From NCBI GenBank assembly GCA_963789265.1, contig CAWBKB010000005.1:512001-576000 (forward strand): a stretch of 64,000 nt of DNA, given 5' to 3'. The translations under genes and the position numbers were made by a program. A model generated the notes under the pieces. That model ran no database searches, had not been told where the DNA came from, and saw nothing but the letters and a program-made list of their open reading frames with translations. Of the stretch, positions 28,831 to 40,765 are shown piece by piece. The first letter of the stretch is position 1. Each line of letters opens with the position of its first letter. The stretch comes from an uncultured delta proteobacterium. Lineage in GTDB: Bacteria > Desulfobacterota > Desulfomonilia > Desulfomonilales > Desulfomonilaceae.

Positions 28831-30922
28831 TCAGATCAGCGGCCTCCTCATCAGAAGCTCAAGCGCTCGCCGGGCTGTAGCGGCGAGTCCCGGCTCCTCG
28901 GCCTCGAGAGCCAGCAATTGGCGGAGGTGATCCGCAGTCCGCAGGATCAGCATTGCCAGATCTCCCTCATCGGCCCCGATGTTGGCCGTAAGTTGAGCCC
29001 AATCCACGTCTTCAGCCCACAGAAATACGGAAGCGGCCGGCCAAAACATTATGGTTGGTGTGTCGAAGCCCTTGGCAGCCATGAACTGGGCCAGAGGCTG
29101 CAATTTTTGCATTGTGTGGCGAAATCTCTTCCAGAGCGGCCGGGTTTGGTCCCATAGTTCCCTGCTTATGAGAATCTCTTTGTCCTTATCCAACACGAAC
29201 GGCGCAATTAGTGCGGCAAGTTCCTGGGGACCCAGCCCGGCAAATTCACCCTGCCTTATCAGTTCCGCTATCAAAAGAGGATGATCCAACCTCAATTGCG
29301 CAGCCCATCTGCCGTCATAGGTTGGAACCCCGGCTTCGTCTAAGTAATTCAGTTTCTGCGAGCAAACTTGCATGCCTTTGAAATTCCCTGAGCAATCTGG
29401 AATGAACTTTGGCTGCTTGACGTGGATTCTCCCGGAAAGCGGCAAAAGACAGGCCGAGCAGTTTTCTGACACCGGCCGGGTCGTGTGAGAGCAAAAGGTT
29501 GAGCGTCATTGAGAAATTGACTGCAATTCTGGATTGTAAGGGCTCCGGGTCGGAAAATATCAATTCCTTTACGAGGCCGATGTTCAAAAATTTGCCTGGT
29601 ACCACAAGAGTGTAGCCCGCATTGTCCATGCCTCGCCTTCCGGCGCGACCTGTCATCTGGTGGAGGTCGGTCGCGGTCATATCCACGAACGTTCTGCCGT
29701 TGAAACGGTCGCTCTGCACTAGGACAACGGTTCGGGCAGGAAAATTGACACCCGCCGCCACTGTAGATGTGGAAAAGATTGCCTCCAAGTGCCCGGAGAC
29801 CATCATTTTTTCGATCAGAAGACGCCAGCCTGGGAGTTGACCGGCATGATGTGAACCGGCCCGACAGTGTAGCAGACGGCTGAGCTGCCTATGTCGTGCC
29901 AATTCCGGATAGCCGGCGAGTTGGTCTTTGACCGCCTGGGCGAACCCCCCGTCCTCCGGCTTCAATGGCGCCGGAAGAAGGGCCTGGAGTGCGCTGTCGC
30001 AGTCCGATCTGGATTTCAGGAAAATAATTGCCGGAAGAAGGTTAAATTCCCTCAGAGTCCCGACAATCCCGTTTATCTCTGGAGGTCTTGCTGCCTGGAC
30101 TCTCTTTCTCCCCTTTTCGGCCTTTGCATACGCTGCAACTTTCGGAAAGATTCTGGTGCCTCGCAAAAACGGGGTGAGTTCTCCGCCTGGGGTCCTGAAA
30201 AGCACGTGAAGAGGAACCGGCCGGATCTTCGAATAGACCACCGAGCAGGTTTTATTTCTAATATGAGTCAGCCACCGGGCAATGGTGCCTGCGTTGGAAA
30301 CAGTGGCTGAGAGCATTAGGAGCCTTACTCTGGCCGGCAGATAGATAAGGACTTCTTCCCAAACCACTCCTCTATCAATGTCGCCCAGGTAATGGGCTTC
30401 ATCCAGGATTACCAGGTCAACGTCGATGTCGGTGCCCGTCTGCATGGCATCATAGAGTTGATTGCGAAGGATCTCCGTTGTGCCGACAATCACGGGTGCG
30501 TCAGCATTCTCCTTGCGATCGCCGGTGAGAATTCCGACGCGGTCGCGGCCGAAGGTTTCCCCGAATTCCTCGTATTTGGCGTTGGACAGGGCTTTCAGAG
30601 GAGTCGCATACCATGTCCGGCAATTCCGCGAGAGAAACTCTTTCGTAGTTTCCAGCGCGATCCAGGTTTTCCCCGAACCGGTCGGCGCGCTCACCAGAAC
30701 ATCGCTCTTACTAACCTTTCGGATGGCTTCGTTCTGGAAAGGATCCGGGATAAAAGGAGAAGGTTCGGGCTTTCCTATGTCCTCCAGGAGACGCTCGGCT
30801 TCCTCATGAACGCGGTGAATCAGGGGTTCTTGAGGGGCGCTCTTGACTCCTCCTCGATGTCCCTCGAAAAAGATTGCTTTCTTGCGAAATGACTTTTTGT
30901 GTTTATGTTGAAACGATCTCAT
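28831..30922 (-). CDS. Ski2/HelY-like DEAH helicase, frameshift near 29385
   Basis: APTGSGKT, PLKALSN, DEAHY and QMTGRAGRRG motifs; C-terminal EGDL..LILR..D.LRQL (DSHCT-like) in a second frame. Confidence 0.88.
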
Positions 30923-31476
30923 TGCTGAACCGAAGGCTACCCCAAGCCTAGCCGGAAGACAAGTCGGCCCGACGCGGCATCAAAAAATTCAGGCCGGGGA
31001 AGACAAGCCGAACTTGATCTTGACCCCGGTCAAAGGCTAAGGTACGTTGAGAATGTACTTTTTGTATTTGCTTATATGAGATTTTCATCCTCTTCTCGCG
31101 CCGTGCTTTGAACGCTCCAGAGTATTGGGATATTGTCCGGAGGAAGCGGTAAGGACAAGATACATGTTTTTAAAAACGCTTTCGAAATTGTCCTGTCAGC
31201 ACTTGAAACTGGACGTTGTGAGGCAAGACTCATCTTCGATTCCTCTATAACTTTTGTCCACAAAGTGGGACCAAAGTTTTGCCGGGAGGTCACACAAATG
31301 CGCCGGCAAACACGTAATTCGCCCGCAAATGGGGGTTACCGTTGCCTCGGCCGGCCATTCGGAACGCGTTGGGGCTGCGCGATTCACCGTACAGGATATT
31401 TTTCGGAATCGAGAAATTTCCTGCGGTATAGTAATGCGCGTTCGAAGACGCGTTGCCTGTAGGCAAGGGCGTAGTA

Positions 31477-32164
31477 ATGCTTAAAGAGAAAATTCTCGTG
31501 GTCGATGACGAGGAAGACATACTGGAACTGGTCCGATACAATCTTGCCAAAGAAGGATACCAGGTGAAGTGTGTCACCTCAGGCGAACAGGCTCTGCAAG
31601 AAGCCAAGGACGGCTTTCCCGATGTGATTTTACTTGACCTGATGCTCCCGGGTCTGGACGGATTGGATGTGTGCCGGCGGTTGAAGAGTGACCCCGTAAC
31701 GAACAGCATCCCGATAATTATGCTAACGGCCAAAGATGAAGACGCAGACATTGTGACAGGCCTTGAATTGGGTGCAGAGGACTATGTTACCAAACCGTTC
31801 AGCCCCCACGTACTACTGGCTCGCCTAAAGGCTTGTCTCCGGCGCAGACGTCAAGAAAGGTCGGATGAAACGGGCGCTCTCAGGGTAGGAGACTTGTCAA
31901 TTAATCCCACGCGGCATGAAGTTTTGGTAAAGGGCAAACCAGCCTTGCTCACTCCGACGGAATTCAGAATTCTCCAATTTCTGGCCACCCGTTCCGGTTG
32001 GGTATTCAGTCGCGATCAGATAATCAGAGCGGTAAGAGGAGAGGATTATCCCGTCACAGACCGCTCTGTCGACGTCCAGATAGCCGGACTGAGGAAAAAG
32101 CTTGGCAGCGCCGGCAACACCATCAGAAACCATCAGAGGAGTGGGCTACAGATTGAAGGAGTAA
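31477..32164 (+). CDS. phoB: PhoB-like OmpR-family response regulator, extra base near 32125
   Basis: LVVDDE, LLDLMLPG, KPFS and DRSVDVQI motifs; removing one base restores the ending ETIRGVGYRLKE*. Confidence 0.85.
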
Positions 32165-32167
32165 CCC

Positions 32168-33946
32168 ATGCGAAAACGGCGAAAGTTGCTGTGGCAACTT
32201 TATCCTTCCTACCTGATCATCATCGTGGTCTCTTTGGCGGCGATGGCCTGGTACATGTCCAGGACCTTGAGAGTAGAAGGCAGAGAAAGAGTTTTCGAGA
32301 ATCTTAAAGTTCAGGCGGACATTGTTGAGCAATTAGTTTCAGGCCGCATCTCTCCGGAACATTCACCCGAGATCGACGCACTCTTAAAGAATCTGGCCGG
32401 GAAGGTATCTACCAGAATTACTGTTGCCATGCCGTCAGGTCTTGTGCTAGGTGACTCGCAGAAAAGTCCGGCAAGCATGGACAACTATTCGGATGACCCC
32501 GAAGTGAAAGAAGCCCGTGGGGGCAAGATTGGCATGGCCACGAGATATGACCCAGCTTTGAACGAGGACATGGTCTACGTGGCTATACCCCGAATCGTCA
32601 ACGGCCGGCCGGCCGGAATAGTCAGGGCAGGGATGCCTGCCACCGCGATGAGTTCCGCGCTGGCCACCATTTATGGGGATACATTAGTAGGATGCCTGGT
32701 CATTGTCTTGTTCGCTGCCATGATAAGCCTCTACGCCTCCCAGAAGATAAGCAGGCCCATCACTCAACTGAAGCTGGGGGCCATCCGATTCGCGGGAGGA
32801 GATCTTCACTACAGGCTTGACGCGCCTAATTCCGAAGAGTTCGCCGCACTTGCCGACGCAATGAACGCAATGGCCTCTCAATTACATGCACGCATAACCA
32901 CCATAACTCAGCAACGAAACGAACTGGAAGCTGTCCTTTCGGGGATGGTGGAGGCCGTGCTTGTTATCGACAAGTACGAAAATATCCGAAGCGTAAATCG
33001 GGCAGCGGAGAAGCTTTTTCAAATCAACCGCGTCAGAGTTGAAGGCAGAAAGGTTCAGGAGGCAATAAGAAATACAGATCTTCGCCGTTTTGTCACTGAA
33101 ACTCTCTCGCGTGAAGAGCCTCTTGAAGCCGATATAGTCATTCTAGGGGATCCGGAAAAGTTCCTCCAGGCCCACAGCGCGATTCTGAGAGATGTCGACG
33201 GCAAGACGATCAGCGCCTTGGTCGTGTTAAACGATGTGACGCGTTTGAAGCGCTTGGAAAACATTCGCCGGGACTTTGTGGCAAACGTTTCTCATGAATT
33301 AAAGACCCCCATCACCTCGATCAAAGGCTTTCTGGAAACCCTACGCGAGGGCGCCTTGAGAGATCCTGAGCATGCGGAACGCTTTTTGGACATTATTATT
33401 AAACACACTGACAGGCTGAGCGCAATAGTGAATGACTTGTTGAGCCTTTCCAGAATAGAACGTGACTCGGAAAAGGGAGAAATTGCTGTCCAGAATGGTT
33501 CGATAACGGAAGTGCTCGACGCAGTGGGTAAAGCTTGCAATGCGAAGGCTCAATCAAAGAATATAAAGTTGGAGTGCGAAGCGGGCGAGGAAATTGTGGC
33601 CCCGATAAATCCCACTCTCCTCGAGCAGGCTATCGTCAATTTAGTGGATAACGCTGTCAAATATAGCGAATCCGGCCAGACGGTTAGTGTCAGAGCGGAA
33701 AAGATATCCGAAGAAGTAGTCATAAAAGTTATTGATGAAGGAAGTGGAATCCCGAGGGAACATCTCGACCGAATATTTGAGCGCTTTTATCGGGTGGACA
33801 AAGCGAGGAGCCGCAAGGTTGGCGGGACGGGCCTCGGACTGGCAATTGTAAAGCACATTGTCAGCGCACATGGCGGCCGCGTCACCGTACAAAGTTTTCC
33901 TGGCAAGGGGAGCACTTTTTCTATTTATTTGCCCGCCAAAACCTAG
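32168..33946 (+). CDS. phoR: PhoR-like sensor histidine kinase (HAMP-PAS-HisKA-HATPase)
   Basis: [13 protein letters not shown] and [25 protein letters not shown] motifs. Confidence 0.9.
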   Translation: MRKRRKLLWQLYPSYLIIIVVSLAAMAWYMSRTLRVEGRERVFENLKVQADIVEQLVSGRISPEHSPEIDALLKNLAGKVSTRITVAMPSGLVLGDSQKSPASMDNYSDDPEVKEARGGKIGMATRYDPALNEDMVYVAIPRIVNGRPAGIVRAGMPATAMSSALATIYGDTLVGCLVIVLFAAMISLYASQKISRPITQLKLGAIRFAGGDLHYRLDAPNSEEFAALADAMNAMASQLHARITTITQQRNELEAVLSGMVEAVLVIDKYENIRSVNRAAEKLFQINRVRVEGRKVQEAIRNTDLRRFVTETLSREEPLEADIVILGDPEKFLQAHSAILRDVDGKTISALVVLNDVTRLKRLENIRRDFVANVSHELKTPITSIKGFLETLREGALRDPEHAERFLDIIIKHTDRLSAIVNDLLSLSRIERDSEKGEIAVQNGSITEVLDAVGKACNAKAQSKNIKLECEAGEEIVAPINPTLLEQAIVNLVDNAVKYSESGQTVSVRAEKISEEVVIKVIDEGSGIPREHLDRIFERFYRVDKARSRKVGGTGLGLAIVKHIVSAHGGRVTVQSFPGKGSTFSIYLPAKT

Positions 33947-33984
33947 GTCCTAGAAAATTGCACGATATCGGAGAGAGGTAAGCC

Positions 33985-34650
33985 ATGAGAGTGAGACTTG
34001 AGAGAGATATTGATAAGCTGAAAACGCGCGTTTTATCCTTGAGTACTCTGGTGGAAGAACGCTTTCGTCTGGCAGTGAAATCTATTGAATGCCGTGAAGC
34101 CGCACTGGCTCGAAAGGTTGTTGAGGGCGACATCGAAATAGATCATCTCGAAGTGGATCTTGAGGAGGAATGCCTAAAGGTCCTCGCTCTCCATCAACCT
34201 GTCGCCGATCACCTTCGCTTTATTGTCGCGATTTTGAAGATGAACAACGACCTTGAGCGCATTGGCGACCTGGCAGTCAATATTGCGGAACGAGCGGAAC
34301 GGATTGCCGCGGCCGGCGATATACACATTCCGTTCGATTATTTCACCATGTGCCAGAAGACAGGGGAAATGCTGAAGAAGAGCCTGGATGCACTTGTAAA
34401 TAGGGACCTGCACCTGGCTTATGAGGTGTGCGCTCAGGACGATGATGTGGATTTTATGAAGAACGTCATGCAGGACCAGTTCGCCCAAGAAATACGGGAA
34501 GACCAAGAACACGTTAAATCAATGATCGACTTATTCTTGGTATCGCGCCACTTGGAGCGCATTGCGGACCATGCCACCAACATAGCTGAAGATGTGATCT
34601 ACATGATCAGCGGCGAAATTCACCGTCACCGCGGTGCTGATTACGTCTGA
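33985..34650 (+). CDS. phoU: Phosphate signalling protein PhoU
   Basis: ALHQPVA.HLR, DLERIGDLAVNIAE and LERIADHATNIAEDVIY motifs. Confidence 0.95.
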   Translation: MRVRLERDIDKLKTRVLSLSTLVEERFRLAVKSIECREAALARKVVEGDIEIDHLEVDLEEECLKVLALHQPVADHLRFIVAILKMNNDLERIGDLAVNIAERAERIAAAGDIHIPFDYFTMCQKTGEMLKKSLDALVNRDLHLAYEVCAQDDDVDFMKNVMQDQFAQEIREDQEHVKSMIDLFLVSRHLERIADHATNIAEDVIYMISGEIHRHRGADYV

Positions 34651-34719
34651 GCAACAGATGGTGTGCGCGGTCTTTCCACTGTACCAAAGGTTCACTGCGT
34701 GCTTTAAGGCAAAGATGAT

Positions 34720-35545
34720 ATGACGGCCAAAGTCTACGAAAAGCGCCTCTGCGAACTCTACCGGACCTACAACCGCCGGGAGTTTGTCCATCCGGACCCT
34801 TTGGAATTCCTTTACGATTACGAGGGCCTTGAAGATCGAGAAATAGTTGGGCTGGTGGCTTCGTCACTCGCCTACGGCGGAGTCCGTCAGATCCTGAAAG
34901 GGGTGAAAGTCGTTCTGGATCGTATGGAGTCCCCGTATGAGTTCCTCAAACATAATTCCCGCGAATCGCTGATAAAGATTTTCAGGAGCTTCAAATACAG
35001 GTTTACTACGGGTGAAGAGCTTGCGTGTATGCTTTACGGCATTAAGCGAGTAGTGGAAGAGCATGGTTCTTTGCAGGCATGCTTTGCAAAGTCACTGCGT
35101 AACGGTCATGAAACAATCATCCCGGCTTTATCAATTTTTGTTAAGGAGCTGTCTGCCGGGTTCGAATGCAAGCCGCGCAGTCTTCTCCCTTCTCCCGAGG
35201 CCGGAAGTGCATGCAAGAGACTGAACCTGTATTTGAGATGGATGGTTAGACGCGATGATGTGGACCCCGGCGGATGGGACGATGTACCCACTTCAAAGTT
35301 ACTGGTGCCTTTGGACACGCACATGCACAGGATCAGCCTTCAACTGGGACTCACCAATCGAAGGCAGGCAAACCTGCGAGCCGCGTGCGAAATCACTGCC
35401 GCGTTCAGAAACTATCGAACCCGACGATCCTGTGCGTTATGATTTTGCTCTCACTCGATTAGGTATCCGCGACGATTTGGATCCCGCCGAATTTCTCAGC
35501 TCTTGCAAGACAGCACTTGCATGCTCTAGGCAGAAAGACGCTTGA
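34720..35545 (+). CDS. TIGR02757/DUF2400 family protein, frameshift near 35408
   Basis: SACKRLNLYLRWMVR and PLDTH motifs; DPVRYDFAL in the next frame. Confidence 0.85.
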
Positions 35546-35674
35546 GGAGCCCTATAATGCAATTGCCAAAAAAGAACGCACTTATGCACTTGACAAAAGT
35601 TACGCGGAACAATGGGGTGAAATCATAAGATAGATGCAGGCAGCCTATTAGGGCTCATGCGGGACTCAATGAGA

Positions 35675-35737
35675 CCGCCACCCCGGCGAAGGCCGGGGTC
35701 CAGAAGACCTGGATTCCGGCCTTCGCCGGAATGACGG
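35675..35737. repeat. REP-like palindromic doublet
   Basis: CCGCCACCCCGGCGAAGGCCGGGGTCCAG-AAGAC-CTGGATTCCGGCCTTCGCCGGAATGACGG. Confidence 0.75.
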
Positions 35738-35904
35738 ACATGGACCTTTTCCAAGTGAATAGTTCCCAAAAAGAATGTTCCGTTTTTGCTATCCGGTGCA
35801 TAGAATTTGCAAAGAGCGATCTGACTGGCCGCGAGACGCGGGATTGCCGTCACGTAAGCGTACCTTGCCGACACATTCCGGGTAGGGGCACGGCATGCCT
35901 TGCC

Positions 35905-36402
35905 CTACTTTACGGGAGCACCGAACCGCACGCTTTGCCCCATTTTGATCCCATACTTCTTGCAAAACCCGGCTTTAATCTCCAGGCAGTATCGGCAAGG
36001 GAACATGGACGGATAAATCAGCCCGGAATTTGGCTCAATGCTGTCATAAATGATCTTGATCTCACCGTTCCCATCTATCCAGACCGCATCAATCGGGAAC
36101 TTCATTCCCTGCATGTGGATCGCGTATTTCCCTACTGTCCTGAAATCAAGCAACATCCCAATCGCTTCAGTTATCTGCTCCCATCCGAGAAGACCTCGGA
36201 TTCTCGAAGCGTAAGTGTCGGCCACCACAGCCTGAATCGTTTGATTGCCTAATGTTATTGGAATCGTTTGCAGTTCCGAATTCGAGATCATTCCGCCTTC
36301 GGCCCGATCAACGATTTGAGACAGATGCGAAACTGTCGGGAACGCCACCAGGGCCGTTAAAATATAGACTGTCTTTCTCAAAGAGCGCAATGAAACCGGC
36401 AT
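35905..36402 (-). CDS. DUF192 family protein
   Basis: VADT..SRIRGL, GMLL.F, MQGMKFPIDAVW and LEIKAG motifs; N-terminal hydrophobic segment. Confidence 0.85.
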   Translation of the reverse strand: MPVSLRSLRKTVYILTALVAFPTVSHLSQIVDRAEGGMISNSELQTIPITLGNQTIQAVVADTYASRIRGLLGWEQITEAIGMLLDFRTVGKYAIHMQGMKFPIDAVWIDGNGEIKIIYDSIEPNSGLIYPSMFPCRYCLEIKAGFCKKYGIKMGQSVRFGAPVK

Positions 36403-36526
36403 GATTTTATTACTCCAGTAACCTTTACCCCGGAACTGGAAAGAATTAATCTGCCACATCCGAACCATTTTTTGAAGGGCCGTGTCCACAAACTCGGGCA
36501 CCAAAAAACCGGCCTCAATTTCACGG

Positions 36527-36556
36527 TTGACACCGCGTAAGTAGGCCGAGTATGAT
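36527..36556 (+). promoter_or_regulatory. Putative sigma70 promoter of the helicase gene
   Basis: TTGACA-18nt-TATGAT, 54 nt before the start. Confidence 0.5.
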
Positions 36557-36609
36557 CGGGGCCGGTTACAGCATAATACAGATATCTATTTAACATTATT
36601 GGAAAGATC

Positions 36610-39600
36610 GTGCTCGATTCATTCCTCGAATGGTTACACAGCCCGCGCAATCACGATTGGGACCTGAGCCATCACGAGATCCTGCCTGAAAAGCCATCCG
36701 AGTTCGCTCCTATTCCGGCCGAGTTGGATCCTCGCGTTGTAGATCTGATAACTTCGTCCGGGATTAAATCTTTGTATTCCCATCAAGCAGCCGCCGCTGA
36801 ATATTGCCTACGAGGCAAGGACACGGTCCTATCAACAAGCACCGCCAGCGGAAAGACGGTTGCATATCAAATCCCGGTGTTGCACCGTCTCATCAGGGAT
36901 CCGCATGCGTGTGCCTTATTCCTTTTCCCGCTGAAGGCTCTGGAACGAGACCAGAGAGACGCATTCCTTACCCTGGGGGCCGATGCGGGCTTGAGTGCCG
37001 CGGTGTACGACGGCGACACATCCGAATCCGAACGCCGCAAGATCAGGAGCAATCCTCCACGAGTCCTCATAACCAATCCTGATATGCTCCATCTTGGACT
37101 TCTAGCATTTCACGACACCTGGAAAGCCTTCTTTTCCCGCCTGTCCTTTATTGTCCTGGATGAAGTTCATACGTACAAAGGGATTTTCGGCAGCCATATT
37201 TCACAGGTGTTGCTGAGAACACTGCGTGTGTGTTTCATCCACGGAGGGAATCCCCAATTCATTGCCTGCTCCGGGACGGTGGCAAATCCGGGCACGTTCG
37301 TTTCCAGACTGATCGGTCGGGACCCCGTTGTTATAGACCGGTCCGGGGCGCCTACGTGGAAGCGGCATTTCATCTTTCTTAATCCGGTCTTGAGCCCCAA
37401 TACGATAGCCGCCCGACTCTTTGTCAAGGCCCTGGAATCGGGCCTTAAAACCATCGTGTTTACCCGTGCCCGTAAAATAACGGAACTGATCACTACCTGG
37501 GTCTTGCACGAAGCCCCTCATTTAAGGAACCGCATCAGCTCTTATCGAGCCGGCTTTCTCCCTGAAGAACGCCGTTATATCGAAGCGAAGTTGTTTTCCG
37601 GAGAAATGGATGGGGTGATTTCTACCTCCGCTCTGGAGATGGGGATCGATGTCGGTGGATTGGATCTCTGTCTGCTCGTGGGCTATCCGGGAACTATTAT
37701 CAATACTTGGCAGAGAGGCGGCAGAGTGGGCCGGGCCGGGCGGCCCAGCGCTATCGTCATGCTTGCAGGCAACGATGCACTGGATCAGTATTTCTTGAGG
37801 AATCCCAGGGACTTTTTCGAGCGTTCTTGCGAGGAAGCTATCTTGGATCCATTTAACTGTGAGGTGCTTAAACGACACCTCCCCTGCGCTGCGGCTGAAA
37901 CGCCAATCTTCCCCGAGGAGGAATGGAGCCGTCGGCCACAAATCCGAGCCGCCCTGGAAGAGCTTGAACAGGATGGCGCACTTTATCGCGGCCAGGACGG
38001 CTCCTGGCATTCATCTTCGAGGCGACCCCATCGTGGGGTTGACCTGCGAGGAATAGGTGAGTCCTACGCCATATTCCTGGAAGACCGAAAGACCCTGATA
38101 GGAAGCTCATCCGGGATGCGTGCATTCACCGAATGCCACGAAGGTGCGGTGTACTTCCATAGGACCAAGCAGTATGTCGTGGCCAAGCTGGATCTGGAGC
38201 GTCGGAACGTTCTGGTGAAGCCGTGCCGTCTTAATTATTACACTCGGGCTCTGAGTGAGAAGGATACCAAGATACTTGGAACCCCGATTCGCGCGAGAGA
38301 ATTCCCCGGCTTTACCGTACGGGAGGGAAGACTTAAGGTCACTACACAAATCGTGGGGTACGAGAAACGCCGGACTTCCGGCCAGGAACTCATCGGTGTC
38401 GTGGACCTGGATCTTCCTCCTGTCCACTTCGAAACCATCGGGATTTGGATAGAAATACCGGACAAAGTCAAGGACGCCATTAAAAAAACGGGACTTCATT
38501 TCATGGGCGGAATTCATGCGATGGAGCACGCCGCGATTTCGATGTTCCCTCTCTTCGCTTTGTGCGACCGGGACGACATAGGAGGTATAAGCACGCCGGA
38601 ACACGAACAGGTATGCAGGGCCGCAGTGTTCATATATGACGGCCACCCGGGTGGAGTAGGGCTCTCGCACCGTGCGTTTGAGGTGATCGACGAACTGTTG
38701 GAGAAAACTCGTCTTCTTGTGGAAAAATGCCCGTGCGAAGACGGATGCCCCTCCTGCATACATTCGCCGAAATGCGGTTCAGGCAACAAGCCATTGGATA
38801 AGAAAGCTTGCCTGGCGACCCTCGAATTCCTGCTGCACCCGGATAGCGCGATTCTACCCCTCAAAACGGGGACAAAGCCGCAAATCCCCACAAAACCCGC
38901 CCTCGGCCCTATTTTCCCCGATCTGCACTACAACTTGCTTGAACAAAGGGACTTACTATGTCGTAGGAAGGAGAACGATGTGAAAACACAGAGATACGAG
39001 GAGAAAACCGCCCGCGAAAACCGCTCTGTGACAAAGTCCCCTGACAAGAAAAGAGTCGCGATCCCAAAACTCAAGAGAACAGTGACGGATTTTTCCAAGA
39101 AAGCGGGGATAACTTTATCGTTTGAGGAGGAACAGCCGGCAATGGTTGCTGAACCCACGCGACAAGGGGCGGTAAAAACCCGAAAAAGGGTCGTGGTGTT
39201 TGATGTGGAAACACAGAAGCTCGCCCAAGAGGTCGGGGGATGGAAACACATTTCCAAAATGCGTCTGTCTCTTGCGGTCGCTCACACTGATGAAGATGGT
39301 TTTCTCACGTTTACCGAGGAAAATGTCTCTGATTTGATAGAGTTGCTTAAAGGGGCCGACCTGGTGGTTGGCTTCAATCACGTGAGATTCGATTACGAAG
39401 TCCTGAGCGCATACACCCGTGAGCCGTTGAGGGATTTGCCGAATTTGGACATTCTTCTCGATGTCAAGGCTGCTCTGGGCTTTCGGTTGAAGCTGGACCA
39501 TTTGGCAGAGATCACGCTGGGCAGGAAGAAGTCGGGAGACGGTCTTGACGCGGTCCGGTGGTTTCGTGAAGAGAAGATGGACCTGATCGAGCAGTATTGT

Positions 39601-39762
39601 CGGGATGATGTCGAGATCACCCGGGATTTGTACCGATTCGGTCTTGAAAAAGGTTTTCTCCTGTATCGTGGAGATCGCCGTGGAATATCGCAGATCCCGG
39701 TTGACTGGAGAGATCGAGTCGGAGGGACGGATAATAAACGGATCGAAAAATCTAGGAATTAG
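36610..39762 (+). CDS. MrfA/YprA (DUF1998) helicase fused to a C-terminal YprB-like RNase H-fold exonuclease
   Basis: TASGKT, DEVH, QRGGRVGR and CPCEDGCPSC motifs; C-terminal FDVET, GFN..RFD, LDHLA and YCRDDV. Confidence 0.9.
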   Translation: MLDSFLEWLHSPRNHDWDLSHHEILPEKPSEFAPIPAELDPRVVDLITSSGIKSLYSHQAAAAEYCLRGKDTVLSTSTASGKTVAYQIPVLHRLIRDPHACALFLFPLKALERDQRDAFLTLGADAGLSAAVYDGDTSESERRKIRSNPPRVLITNPDMLHLGLLAFHDTWKAFFSRLSFIVLDEVHTYKGIFGSHISQVLLRTLRVCFIHGGNPQFIACSGTVANPGTFVSRLIGRDPVVIDRSGAPTWKRHFIFLNPVLSPNTIAARLFVKALESGLKTIVFTRARKITELITTWVLHEAPHLRNRISSYRAGFLPEERRYIEAKLFSGEMDGVISTSALEMGIDVGGLDLCLLVGYPGTIINTWQRGGRVGRAGRPSAIVMLAGNDALDQYFLRNPRDFFERSCEEAILDPFNCEVLKRHLPCAAAETPIFPEEEWSRRPQIRAALEELEQDGALYRGQDGSWHSSSRRPHRGVDLRGIGESYAIFLEDRKTLIGSSSGMRAFTECHEGAVYFHRTKQYVVAKLDLERRNVLVKPCRLNYYTRALSEKDTKILGTPIRAREFPGFTVREGRLKVTTQIVGYEKRRTSGQELIGVVDLDLPPVHFETIGIWIEIPDKVKDAIKKTGLHFMGGIHAMEHAAISMFPLFALCDRDDIGGISTPEHEQVCRAAVFIYDGHPGGVGLSHRAFEVIDELLEKTRLLVEKCPCEDGCPSCIHSPKCGSGNKPLDKKACLATLEFLLHPDSAILPLKTGTKPQIPTKPALGPIFPDLHYNLLEQRDLLCRRKENDVKTQRYEEKTARENRSVTKSPDKKRVAIPKLKRTVTDFSKKAGITLSFEEEQPAMVAEPTRQGAVKTRKRVVVFDVETQKLAQEVGGWKHISKMRLSLAVAHTDEDGFLTFTEENVSDLIELLKGADLVVGFNHVRFDYEVLSAYTREPLRDLPNLDILLDVKAALGFRLKLDHLAEITLGRKKSGDGLDAVRWFREEKMDLIEQYCRDDVEITRDLYRFGLEKGFLLYRGDRRGISQIPVDWRDRVGGTDNKRIEKSRN

Positions 39763-39951
39763 GTAGATAAGTTGTCGGTCTTGTCTACGTGCTCCGTTTC
39801 GCGAGATCGGTGACACAGTTTATACTCCGGTGGGACAGGCAGGATGCCTGTCCCACCAATGCAGCGATCTTTCACTGCCGGCTCCGAGCCGAGTGGCTCT
39901 ATCAAGATAGGCACAATTTCAATCCGGTTTCTTAAGCAATAAGAGCGCGCC

Positions 39952-39980
39952 GGTGCCACTGCTGGCTGGACCAGCAGTGC
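39952..39980 (+). repeat. REP hairpin flanking the RAYT (left)
   Basis: GGTGC-CACTGCTGG-CTGGA-CCAGCAGTG-C. Confidence 0.85.
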
Positions 39981-40003
39981 ATATTAGATATCCTACCGAG
40001 TTG

Positions 40004-40591
40004 TCAGACAGGAACCGCTTCGCCAAGTGTAGTCACCGAAGGAAGTCCGTAATCGGCTTGAAGCGACGGGCCGGCATAATGGCGAGCGCTTGACCACCGC
40101 CAGTCTAATTCGCGGCTTACTAGTCCCCGTCGGACAGGGTTAAAATGGATGTAAGCGGTTGCAGCCGACGCGGTTTCCAAGCTGATAATGTTTCGGTCGT
40201 ACCCCGGGCCTTCCTGCCAGAAACGGAAAACCGTTACTCCTTGGCGCTGGCGAATAGTCAGCTTGCGCAACAGATCACTGCCGTTTTCAATTAATGATCG
40301 CTTGATACGATAGGAAAACGGTCTTTTGATAGCCTTGAGCAGCTCATCAATACGGGAAGCTGTTTCTTGTGGAAGAACCAATAAGTGCACGTGTTCTGGC
40401 ATGTAAACAAACGCTATCAGCCGATAGCTATGGCGCTCCATTGCTCGGTCGATGCTATCAGTGAGCATCAGACGCCACACGTTATTCGTCAACAACGGGA
40501 GGCGCTTGTAACAGGAAAAGGTCAATTCGTGGAACTGGTTAGCCTCATTAAAATGTCGGACTCTTTTGCGATGGACAGCCGGTAGTTCCAT
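40004..40591 (-). mobile_element. REP-associated tyrosine transposase (RAYT, Y1 HUH)
   Basis: LTFSCY.R, MPEHVHLL (HUH), FWQ..YDRNI, YIHFNPVRRGL and WRWSS motifs; flanked by inverted REPs. Confidence 0.9.
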
Positions 40592-40613
40592 ACTTCTACT
40601 GCGTTCAATTTCC

Positions 40614-40642
40614 GCACTGCTGGACAAGCCAGCAGTGGCACC
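40614..40642 (-). repeat. REP hairpin flanking the RAYT (right, inverted)
   Basis: Reverse complement GGTGCCACTGCTGGCTTGTCCAGCAGTGC differs from the left copy at 2 loop positions. Confidence 0.85.
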
Positions 40643-40765
40643 CGAATTTCAAGACCTTGAACTCTTGAGTAGAGATGTCGCGAACTTTTCGTTTCGCGCC
40701 CACACAAAGAAAAGCGACCCCACAGGGTCGCCCATTCGTGTTTTTCCAAGCCTCTCTGTGATCCA

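Noticed and set aside
30923..31476. Small ORFs or ncRNA in the helicase-phoB intergenic region
   Set aside because: A TTGACC-17-TACGTT promoter-like match is present at 31020-31048, but no recognisable RNA family or protein motif
38107..39816. Long antisense ORFs (218 and 233 aa; similar ones at 14986, 49369, 52124 and 52867)
   Set aside because: Shadow frames opposite well-supported genes, with no motifs
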